From NCBI RefSeq assembly GCF_006345805.1, contig NC_043001.1, forward strand, positions 72,788,001-72,852,000: a DNA stretch of 64,000 nt, given 5' to 3'. This document shows, one piece after another, positions 51,560 through 61,944 of this stretch (position 1 is the first letter of the stretch; the number at the start of each line of letters is the position of its first letter). Made by a program: the position numbers and the translations under genes. The notes under the pieces were generated by a model. That model did no database searches and was not told the DNA's origin. It was given only the letters and a program-made list of their open reading frames with translations. Origin of the DNA: Octopus sinensis. Lineage: Eukaryota.

Positions 51560-52850
51560 AAAACACTTCATGCAAAGGTGCTGTGAATAAAGAAAGACCT
51601 GAGAATATTATATCAGACGTAGAAAAATATGGCAGTCAGAACTCTCCTCTTATATGACAATATCCCACAATGTATTTGCAGTATCAATGCTGATTCCAAC
51701 ATTTGCAATTCTTGGCTGGTCTGTAGAAAAAATCCACTCCATAGACATCAAAACCAGAAAGATCCTGACATCAATTGGAAAGTTCTAGAGGAACAGTGAT
51801 TCTGACTGTGTCTCCACAAGGAGATGAAGAAGGTAGAGGCTGATCAGTGTACACAGTCTTCAAATGTCATTCAGTCTCTCCCAGACAACACCTGCTAAAC
51901 AACAGCTGCAAAATAAATACATATAGTGTTGAAAAGTGAAGAGAACAACATCCTACATGTCAGCAGTGAGCTTTTCAGGAAGTACTCTCTTTCTGTTGGT
52001 ATTCCATACAACTCCAAAACAGCTGGACTAACATACATCAAACAAGATTTAGATGTGAAACACTCAGTATATCACAAAAAAAAACAGTGACTATGCATGG
52101 GTATGTTTCCTGAAGACTTGAAGAATACAGTAAAAGCAACATGAAGAACAGGCTTTGTTGGACTTGTAATTGCTGCATCACATCACACTTTGAAGGCTGT
52201 GCATTTGCAATCCAAGGACAGGAAATTGATGTGAAATATCTAATAAACAAAAGAGATAGTGCAGCCCTTGGAGCTCTAAGATACAACCAAAAATGCAGGT
52301 GATGTCATATTTCTGTGGAAGACATTACAAATGTAATTAGTAGCTGCCCAAAACTGCTGTCAAGAGACTACCTCCCTGTGTGGCACAATGTTGTCACTAA
52401 AACATTATACAATACCATACACAAAAAGACTGTCCTGGAATTGAATATATACACAAGTATCAACACAAGGAATATTGGTGTAATGTTACCATTAAAACTT
52501 TTATCAAGTGTAAACATAACTGGTCAGATATGTTGTCTGGGACAGATAAAGAAGAGTATGTATTGCCATAAAAGTCAGCTACCTTGCTGATGTGAATATC
52601 TCTTCAAAAATCAAAGAGAGACTACAGACAACTGTATTGAAATCTCCAGCTTCTATAGTGAGATTATTAATTCACATTTATACCAATAATAACTAGTGTA
52701 TTTGGTTTTGTGAGTAATTGCTAAAGTGACAATCTGGATAAGCTAGGATTTTCAGATAAAGATATCAACCAGCTAATCCATTCATTACAAATACAAAGTG
52801 AAACAGTAAAAATATGTTATATTATATACTTGAGTTTAAAATGTGAATCC
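51560..52850 (+). mobile_element. Old RLE-type (R4/Dong-like) LINE remnant
   Basis: DIKTRKIL, EGCAFAIQGQEI, KCR*C..EDITNVISSCPKL..WHNVV (CCHC + RHN), highly degenerate. Confidence 0.7.
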
Positions 52851-53395
52851 GTTTTTGTTATCTACAATCCAACGGTGGAGCTTTGCATCATTGTTAGAAA
52901 TCAGCTCCTTGCACAGAGGAAGATTTTAAATAATTAAAAATATAAGAGAAGAGGAAACACACACACACACACACATGAAATATTACTTGCCTTGTTCTGT
53001 GGACCCATGGCCTTGACTACCTTGGTGATTTCAAAACTCTAATTACAATATACTCTTCAATATACTTCAATTACACAATATGAAGGCAGCGAGCTAGCAG
53101 AAACGTTAACATGCCGGGCAAAATGCTTAGCACTACTTCGTCTGTCTTTATGTTCTGAGTTCAAATTCTACCAACATCGACTTTGCCTTTCATCCTTTGA
53201 GGGTCGATAAATTAAGTACCAGTTGCGTACTGGGGTCGATCTAATCGACTGGCTCTCTCCCCCAAAATTTCAGACCTTGTGCCTAGAGTAAAAAATACTA
53301 TACATAATAATATACACTTCATGGTCAAAATCAACAAACTTTCCTGAGCATTTTTATCATCAAAAAAGAAACAAACATTAAAACTGACATCTACT

Positions 53396-53601
53396 TTAAC
53401 TCTTTAGCATTCAGATTATTCTATCAAATGTAACACTTATTCACGTTGTTTTGAATTTATCCTTCATTATCTTGTAGCCCTGAGATTTCAATTGGACTAA
53501 CATTGTAGAGTAGGCATGAGAGGCAGGATCTGGCCAATTTAAGCATAAAACAGGAAGAATATTTTGACTGGATATGGCTGGTTTAAATGCTAAAGGGTTA
53601 A
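53396..53601. mobile_element. piggyBac-type MITE
   Basis: TTAA-CTCTTTAGCATT ... AATGCTAAAGGG-TTAA. Confidence 0.8.
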
Positions 53602-54211
53602 AATAACAGACTCTAAACAATACTTATACACTCCATATCACCCAAAACACATCAAAATGAATGTTTTGTTTAATCTAGCACAAAGAATATGTTCATTTGT
53701 TTGAATTTTGAAACTTGGAATGAAAAGACTACAAGAACCAAAAGGAAATATTATTTGGAAGACAGTATCACCCAACAATGTTAATAATAGAGATGTTTTT
53801 GGTTTGACATGCTTCTTCTAATTTTATTCTAAAATTCTGCACAGAAGTATAGAAATTTTTATAAAAGTTGGATTTGGTGTGTTAAACCAAAAAAGCTTCA
53901 TTTTTTTCATGCCAATTATGAAAATTGCCATTTTTTTAAGAAACTAAAAATGAAAAAAAGTGAGAAATCTTTGAAGATTGAAATTTTTTGTAATTTTAGC
54001 TAATCAGATCCATATTTTTCTACATGCCATAATGATTTTTATGAAAATTAGCATGTTCTGTTGGAGTTTTTTTATTGCTACACAACTTAACAAAATCACA
54101 ACATACTGTTTTTTGAGAAATTAATAATAGAGACATTACAAAATCCTTGAAGATCACAATATTTAAAGAAAAGGAAATAAATTAACATAAAACGACAAAT
54201 CTAGCACTAAT

Positions 54212-54362
54212 TCTTAACCCTAATCTTAACTTTAACTCCTAAACCCTAACCCATTACCCTAAGTTAAGACTGTGTACCTCTAATCCTAAATCATAATCTC
54301 AAACCTTAAATCCAAACCTTAAGCCCTAACCCCAACCTTAAACTCTAACCCTAAACCCTAAT
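54212..54362. repeat. Degenerate (CCCTAA)n telomere-like tract
   Basis: Multiple AACCCT/AACCTT/AATCCT variants. Confidence 0.65.
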
Positions 54363-54430
54363 GATAATAGGAGAGAATGCCTTAATGCAAGCCTTGATTA
54401 TTTTATAAATTATAACTATTCACAAGAACT

Positions 54431-54657
54431 TTAACCCTTTTGTTACCATATTTCTGTTGGAATACACTACATTTGTTTCAATTAATTTTGAAAGTACTGA
54501 AGAATTTAGTAAAGGAACTTTGTCATAATTAACCTAGTATTTGGAATATAAATTAACGTGAAATTTTGAAAGGGAGGTTTAATGTAGATCACTTTAAACA
54601 TGAAGTTTGTGTCAGAACCTGAGGCAGTATTGGGTAGGTTGGTATCAAAAGAGTTAA
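54431..54657. mobile_element. piggyBac-type MITE
   Basis: TTAA-CCCTTTTGTTACCA ... TGGTATCAAAAGAG-TTAA. Confidence 0.85.
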
Positions 54658-55069
54658 GAAAATATAATTAATGTTTTAAAATTACTGTTTTTGATGGTGT
54701 ATTAATCCACAGATATAAAAGAGTCACTATCTCAATTTTGAGTTTGGAATGTTAAAAAGATAGTTTGATTACAAACAGTATTATGTGTTTATTTAAATAC
54801 AAGTGTCCCCGGTCATCAAAGTAATGGTTTGTTATTGATGTCATGGTACGTGTAATAATAACACGTAATAGGAAGTTGTCCTTAGTAAAAGCTTTAATGA
54901 CATACCATACATATGTCTATTTAATTCTAATTAATTTTATGGTAATTTTCCTGTGTTAATTAATTGCTGTACATCAGGATAGTCAGACAGAAGGAAAGAA
55001 AGAAGAAAGGAGAGAGAAACTCTGTTAATTATGTATATTCAAATACATACTACGTTTATATGCACAGAT

Positions 55070-55500
55070 ATTTATTAATTTTCCTTTCTGTAAAAAGACA
55101 AAATTCTCATTAGAAATATTTAAAAATTATTTTTGGAAAATTAATTGTCTTTCCTGGAGCAATACAAATTTTCATTATAACTATTTTTTAATATTTAATT
55201 AAAAAAATTTTTAACTTTCTTGTCTAGGACAATACAAGGTTTTCAATATAATACTTTTTGATTTTTAAATAGAAAAATTAATTTTTATTTGAGTAAACAC
55301 AATTTTTAATTATAATTTTATTTTATTTTTTTTATCTAAAAAATTCATTTTGCTTTTATGTAAAGCAAAATTTATATTACCAACTTTTCTAATTTTTTGA
55401 AATGAAAGAATTAATTAATTTGCATTTTGAGGAAATACGATTTTCATTATATCATTAAAAAAATTTAATTAAAAAATTAACATTTTCACTATATCCCTTT
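55070..55500. repeat. Degenerate AT-rich ~66-bp tandem repeat
   Basis: Recurring CAATACAA..TTTTCATTATAA and AAAAATTAAT blocks at about 66-70 bp spacing. Confidence 0.5.
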
Positions 55501-56139
55501 TTAATGCATTAATTTTTCTACTACAATACTTTTAACTTGTCATTATTAATTTTTTTTTTTGAAATTAACATAATTCTGTTGCATTTATTTATCTAAGTTC
55601 TACTATTCTGTTATTCCTTTGTTTCAGTCATTGGACTGCACCCATGCTGGGTTATTGTCTTGAAGGGTTTAGTCCAAAAATCTACTCAAATGACTATTTG
55701 AAGTCTAGTACTTATTGTTACAATCCCTTTTTGCTGGATCTGAAAGCCAAAGAGTTAAACAACCTTTGAAAGTTATTCTCTTAAGATAAAGACATATAAC
55801 CAATAATTAAATGACTGAGAGAGAGAGTAGGAAAGAGAGAGAAGGACATCAAGAGAATGATTTGAGTCAATTTACCCATGGCTGTTGGTGGCAGTCACAA
55901 GAATGAGTGACAGGCAGCAGTTTTATTTGTTTCAGTAGCTAAAAGAAATGGCTCTCACACTACTTGTTTCTGGTTGACTAAAATAATACTGAAACTAAAA
56001 TGTCATGTGCATGAAGCTGCTACACACTTTGAAGAAAACTAAAACAACCCCCAACTCAATATTTGTGTAATTTTGCTAATTTCTTTCTGTTGCATTTTTA
56101 TGTTATTGCCAACATTTTTTATTTGTGTCTCTTGTCACG

Positions 56140-56350
56140 TTTATTAATTCTGCCTTCACTAAGGTGGAGATATTGTTTTCAATTGTGTTTGTTAGTCCAT
56201 TGACAAGATAACTCAAGAACCACTTGATGGATTCAGATGAAACTTTCAGGGATGATTGGCCTTGTGACTGGCACAGTCTCATTAGATTTTGGGATCATTC
56301 TGGTACTGGACAAGGATTCTGGATTATTTTACCAATTTTTTTTACTTTAC
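56140..56350 (+). mobile_element. Helentron/HINE-like fragment
   Basis: Short hairpin CCTTCACTAAGG near the 5' end followed by GTTTGTTAG..GATAACTCAA..GGATT..ATGAAACTTT..TTAGATTTTGG, a typical HINE layout. Confidence 0.5.
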
Positions 56351-56446
56351 ATGTATATGTAAAGTTTCACATAGTTCTCTTGTACATGCACACGCATTCA
56401 CACACTCACACATTTTCATCGTTGACAATTACCATCCCATTTCCAT

Positions 56447-56482
<36 letters not shown>

Positions 56483-56957
56483 ACACACACATACTTTTCT
56501 TTTACACAGACATTTACTTGCACTTCAAATGCCATTTATCGCCTTTTCACTCCTTCCTTCATTATTCATCTATCACCCCTTCCTTTCTCATTCATACAAT
56601 GCTCTCTTTGCCATCTCCTCTACATTCACCTCCCACTCCAGCTCTATTTTATATATATATATATATATATATATTGTCATGATTGACCGCTAGCCACTAA
56701 AGCATTTTTTATTTTCTCTCTGTTTATTTTCTCATGTTCCTTTCTGTTGAAGATTATAGGCTCAAAACATAAAAGACTTTCTCACTTTCCCAAGCATTAA
56801 ACTAATACACCTATTTGTTTCATACTCCTGTCTTCATCTTTTGCTTTTTTGTAAATTTCAACTATATATATATATATATAATATATATATATACATATAC
56901 AAATATACAAATATACATATATATAGATATATATATATATATATATACACAAATATA

Positions 56958-57202
56958 TCATCATCATCATCATCATCGTTTAACGTCCGTTTTCCGCGCT
57001 AGCACGGGTTGGACGGTTTCGACCGGGGTCTGGGGAGCTCGGGACTGCCCCAGGCTCCAGTCTAGTCTGGCAGTGTTTCTACAGCTGGATGCCCTTCCTA
57101 ACGCCAACCACTCCGCGAGTGTAGTGGGTGTTTTTTACGTGCCACCTGCACAGGTGCCAGAGGGGTCTGGCATCGGCCACGTTCGGATGGTGCTTTTTTT
57201 AT
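56958..57202 (-). mobile_element. Young RTE 3' tail
   Basis: (CAT)n + CGTTTAACGTCCG..GGATGCCCTTCCTAACGCCAACC, CpGs intact. Confidence 0.9.
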
Positions 57203-58770
57203 GGGGGGGGTGCAGAAATATAGGGGAGCACCAGTGGGAGGGGTGGTTCAGAGGACAGGTTCTAGGCAAGTAGAACGTAGGATATCGAGAGAGGGGTAAT
57301 GCATGGTAAAATAGTGTATTGAAGAGGGGGGTTCAAAGAGTAGACACCTATAATGGTGGTGGGGGGGTGCAGAAATATAGGGGAGCACCAGTGGGAGGGG
57401 TGGTTCAGAGGACAGGTTCTAGGCAAGTAGAACGTAGGATATCGAGAGAGGGGTAATGCATGGTGAAATAGCGTATTGAAGAGGGGGGTTCAAAGAGTAG
57501 ACACCTATAATGGTGGTGGGGGGGTGCAGAAATATAGGGGAGCACCAGTGGGGGGGTGGTTCAGAGGACAGGTTCTAGGCAAGTAGAACGTAGGATATCG
57601 AGAGAGGGGTAATGCATGGTGAAATAGCGTATTGAAGAGGGGGGTTCAAAGAGTAGACACCTATAATGGTGGTGGGGGGGTGCAGAAATATAGGGGAGCA
57701 CCAGTGGGAGGGGTGGTTCAGAGGACAGGTTCTAGGCAAGTAGAACGTAGGATATCGAGAGAGGGGTAATGCATGGTGAAATAGCGTATTGAAGGGGGGG
57801 TTCAAAGAGTAGACACCTATAATGTTGGTGGGGGGGTGCAGAAATATAGGGGAGCACCAGTGGAGGGGTGGTTCAGAGGACAGGTTCTAGGCAAGTAGAA
57901 CGTAGGATATCGAGAGAGGGGTAATGCATGGTGAAATAGCGTATTGAAGAGAGCGGTTCAAAGAGTAGACACCTATAATGGTGGTGGGGGGGGTGCAGAA
58001 TATAGGGGAGCACCAGTTGGAGGGGTGGTTCAGAGGACAGGTTCTAGGCAAGTAGAACGTAGGATATCGAGAGAGGGGTAATGTATGGTGAAATAGCGTA
58101 TTGAAGAGGGGGGTTCAAAGAGTAGACACCTATAATGGTGGTGGGGGAGTGCAGAAATATAGGGGAGCACCAGTGGGAGGGGTGGTTCAGAGGACAGGTT
58201 CTAGGCAAGTAGAACATAGGATATCGAGAGAGGGGTAATGCATGGTGAAATAGCGTATTGAAGAGGGGGGTTCAAAGAGTAGACACCTATAATGGTGGTG
58301 GGGGGGTGCAGAAATATAGGGGAGCACCAGTGGGAGGGGTGGTTCAGAGGACAGGTCTAGGCAAGTAGAACGTAGGATATCGAGAGAGGGGTAATGTATG
58401 GTGAAATAGCGTATTGAAGAGGGGGGTTCAAAGAGTAGACACCTATAATGGTGGTGGGGGGGGGTGCAGAAATATAGGAGAGCACCAGTGGGAGGGGTGG
58501 TTCAGAGGACAGGTTCTAGGCAAGTAGAACGTAGGATATCGAGAGAGGTGTAATGCATGGTGAAATAGCGTATTGAAGAGGGGGGTTCAAAGAGTAGACA
58601 CCTATGATGGTGGTGGGGGGGTGCAGAAATATAGGGGAGCACCAGTGGGAGGGGTGGTTCAGAGGACAGGTTCTAGGCAAGTAGAACGTAGGATATCGAG
58701 AGAGGGGTAATGCATGGTGAAATAGCGTATTGAAGAGAGGGGTTCAAAGAGTAGACACCTATAATGGTGG
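57203..58770. repeat. Tandem array, 10 x ~157 bp, G-rich plus strand
   Basis: TGCAGAA anchors at 57211, 57368, 57525, 57681, 57837, 57994, 58150, 58307, 58465, 58622; copies nearly identical. Confidence 0.97.
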
Positions 58771-58847
58771 GAGAAACGACATCCGGTATAGTTGGAGCAA
58801 AATAGAGATATCCGGTATTGGTGGTGGGGGTGGGTAGGGCGGGCGCA

Positions 58848-59919
58848 CCGCGAAGAATCGGCAGCCAATTTCTAATCAGCCCTGTAAGGGAGATAGATCT
58901 TAAATATCTATAACGATAACTAGTGAATTATACAGAATATGCAAAAACGAGGCGAGGCTGAAATAGTAAACAGAGTGGCGACTAGGGGGATCAGAATAAT
59001 AATAATTAATAAATAATAATAATAAATAGAGATCAATGGAAATTGCAGATGTGTTACCAGTGCCGGTGGCATGTAAGAGAACTTTCCGTTTCGCGACCGT
59101 TGCCAGCACCGCCCCGTTTCGTGTCCGTTGCCACCTCGCCTGGCCCTCGTGCAGGTGGCACATAAAAAGCACCATCCGTTCGTGGCCGTTTGCCAGCTCT
59201 GTCTGGCACCAGTGCGGGTGGCACGTAAAAAGCACCCACTACACTCACGGAGTGGTTGGCGTTAGGAAGGGCATCCAGCCGTAGAAACACTGCCAGATTT
59301 GACTGGGCCTGATGAAGCCTTCTGGCTTCACAGACCCCAGTAGAACCGTCCAACCCATGCTAGCATGGAAAACGGATGCTAAATGATGATGATGATGATG
59401 ATGATGAGATACGGATGAATTAAAGTTCAAAGATTTCTTATCTTGGGATCACTTCGTTTACGGACAGACTTGGCAAAAGGAATTCGGAATCAAGAGTGAG
59501 GCAGGTTACTAGCTTAAGTATGCATAGCCATGGCGAGGAGTAGGAAGAGAAGGAGTCCAGACAGACAATGTAAAAAGAGGGGGAGAGAAACCCCGCGAAG
59601 AATCGGCAGCCAATTTCTAATCAGCCCTGTAAGGGAGATAGATCTTAAATATCTATAACGATAACTAGTGAATTATACAGAATATGCAAAAACGAGGCGA
59701 GGCTGTAATAGTAAACAGAGTGGCGACTAGGGGGATCAGAATAATAATAATTAATAAATAATAATAATAAATAGAGATACGGATGAATTAAAGTTCAAAG
59801 ATTTCTTATCTTGGGATCACTTCGTTTACGGACAGACTTGGCAAAAGGAATTCGGAATCAAGAGTGAGGCAGGTTACTAGCTTAAGTATGCATAGCCATG
59901 GCGAGGAGTAGGAAGAGAA
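58848..59919. repeat. Two ~327-bp direct repeats (58848-59551 interrupted; 59593-59919 intact) with 41-bp spacer
   Basis: Both run CCGCGAAGAATCGGCAGCC..GGAGTAGGAAGAGAA. Confidence 0.93.
59034..59405 (+). mobile_element. RTE 3' tail insertion with TSD GAGAT
   Basis: GAGAT at 59029-59033 and 59406-59410; empty site visible in the second repeat at about 59774. Confidence 0.92.
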
Positions 59920-59988
59920 ATACAAATATACAAATATACATATATATATATATATATACACACAAATATATATATATATATATATATA

Positions 59989-61771
59989 TTAGAATCGAAG
60001 GGCCTTAGAGTCAACCTAGCCAAAACCAAAGTCCTAATAAGTAGGACGGTGGACCAACCACAAACGACTTCAGGTAGATGGCCCTGCTCGATCTGTAAAA
60101 AAGGTGTAGGTAGAAACTCTATAAGGTGCACCAAGTGTAAGCTATGGACACATAAGAGGTGCAGCAATGTCAAAGGTAGGCTAACTGGGAAGATAGTTTT
60201 CGTATGTGGCAGATGCTCAGGAGAAATAAACACTGGAAATGTGCAGAGACCAACTTCTACCACGTTCCAGGGAGACAAACTAGAAGTAGTTGATAGCTTC
60301 CGCTACCTAGGAGACCAAGTTAGTAGCGGGGGTGGGGGTGCTGAAAGTGTAACTGCTAGAGTAAGAATAGCCTGGGCAAAGTTTAGAGAGCTCTTACCCC
60401 TGCTGGTGACAAAAGGCCTCTCGCTCAGAGTAAAAGGCAGACTTTATGATGCATGTGTACGTACAGCCATGCTACATGGTAGTGAAACATGGGCCGTGAC
60501 TGCTGAGGATATGCGTAAGCTCGCAAGAAATGAAGCCAGTATGCTCCGATGGATGTGTAATGTCAGTGTTCATAATCGTCAGAGTGTAAGTACCTTGAGA
60601 GAAAAGTTGAACCTAAGAAGCGTCAGTTGTGGTGTGCAAGAGAGACGGCTGTGCTGGTATGGTCATATGACGAGAATGGCTGAAGATAGTTGTGTGCAAA
60701 AGTGCTACACCCTAGCAGTTGAGGGAACCTGTGGAAGAGGTAGACCCAGGAAAACCTGGGACGAAGTGGTGAAGCACGACCTACGAAGTTTAGGTATCAC
60801 CAAGGAAATGACTAGAGACCGAGACCTATGGAAGTATGCTGTGCGTGAGAAGACCCGGCAAGACTAGTCAGGCCATAAACCGTGGCCCCTACCTGGGACG
60901 TAGTCAGTCCACCTGTGCATACCTTCCTTCTTGTGATACTTGTGAAGACCTGTTGAGGCAAGTGAAAATCAAACAAAATCAAAATAGATGAACATCAATG
61001 GAATTTGTATCCTTGTGGTACCAGTACTGGTGGCACACAAGAAAACCATCCGAACGTGGCCGTAGCCAGTACCGCACCGACTGGCCTCCATGCTGTGGGC
61101 ACGTAACAATCACCATCCAATCGTGGCCGATCGCCAGCCTAATCTGGCTCCTGTGTCGGTGGCACATAATAAACACCATCCGAGCGTGGTCGTCTGCTAG
61201 CCTTGTCTGGCACCTGTGTCGGTGGCACATAAAAACACCATCCGAGCGTGGCCATTCGCCAGCCTCGTCTGGCACCTGTGTCGGTGGCACATAAAAAAAA
61301 AAACACCATCCGAGCGTGGTCGTCTGCTAGCCTTGTCTGGCACCTGTGTCGGTGGCACATAAAAACACCATCCGAGCGTGGCCGTTCGCCAGCCTCGTCT
61401 GGCACCTGTGTCGGTGGCACATAAAAACACCATCCGAGCGTGGTCGTCTGGCACCTGTGTCGGTGGCACATAAAAACACCATCCGAGCGTGGCCGTTCGC
61501 CAGCTTCGTCTGGCACCTGTGTCGGTGGCACATAAAAACACCATCCGAGCGTGGCCGTTCGCCAGCCCCGTCTGGCACCTGTGTCGGTGGCACATAAAAT
61601 CACCCACTACACTCTCGGAGTGGTTGGCGCTAGGAAGGGCATCCAGCTGTAGAAACACTGCCAGATCTGACTGGCCTGGTGCAGCCTTTGGGCTCCCCAG
61701 ACCCCAGTTGAACCGTCCAACCCATGCTAGCATGGAAAGCGGACGTTAAATGATGATGATGATGATGATGA
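59989..61771 (+). mobile_element. Young 5'-truncated RTE LINE with open ORF2 C-terminus (to 60867) and repeat-rich 3' UTR
   Basis: LESKGLRVNLAKTKV, VDSFRYLG, LYDACVRTAMLHGSETW, RRLCWYGH, GRGRPRKTW; (GAT)n tail. Confidence 0.95.
61025..61602 (+). repeat. ~62-bp tandem array (about 10 units) in the RTE 3' UTR
   Basis: Unit CACCTGTGTCGGTGGCACATAAAAACACCATCCGAGCGTGGCCGTTCGCCAGCCTCGTCTGG; one 49-bp deleted unit. Confidence 0.95.
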
Positions 61772-61801
61772 TATATATATACACAAATATACATATATAT
61801 A

Positions 61802-61845
<44 letters not shown>

Positions 61846-61944
61846 AATATATATATATACACAAATATATATATATATACAAATATACATATATATATAT
61901 ATATACACACAAATATATATATATATATATACAATAATATAAAA

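Noticed and set aside
54212-54362. Telomere or fusion site
   Set aside because: Short, highly degenerate, single orientation; more likely part of a repeat element.
56730-56780. Hammerhead (TTGAAGA..AAAAC)
   Set aside because: Core and stems too degenerate; at most a decayed pLTR fragment.
57203-58770. CRISPR-like array
   Set aside because: Units are identical along their whole length; no unique spacers, no cas genes, eukaryotic context.
61025-61602. CRISPR-like array or repetitive protein ORFs (60979-61749)
   Set aside because: Variable parts are point variants of one unit within an RTE 3' UTR; the ORFs are by-products of the repeat.
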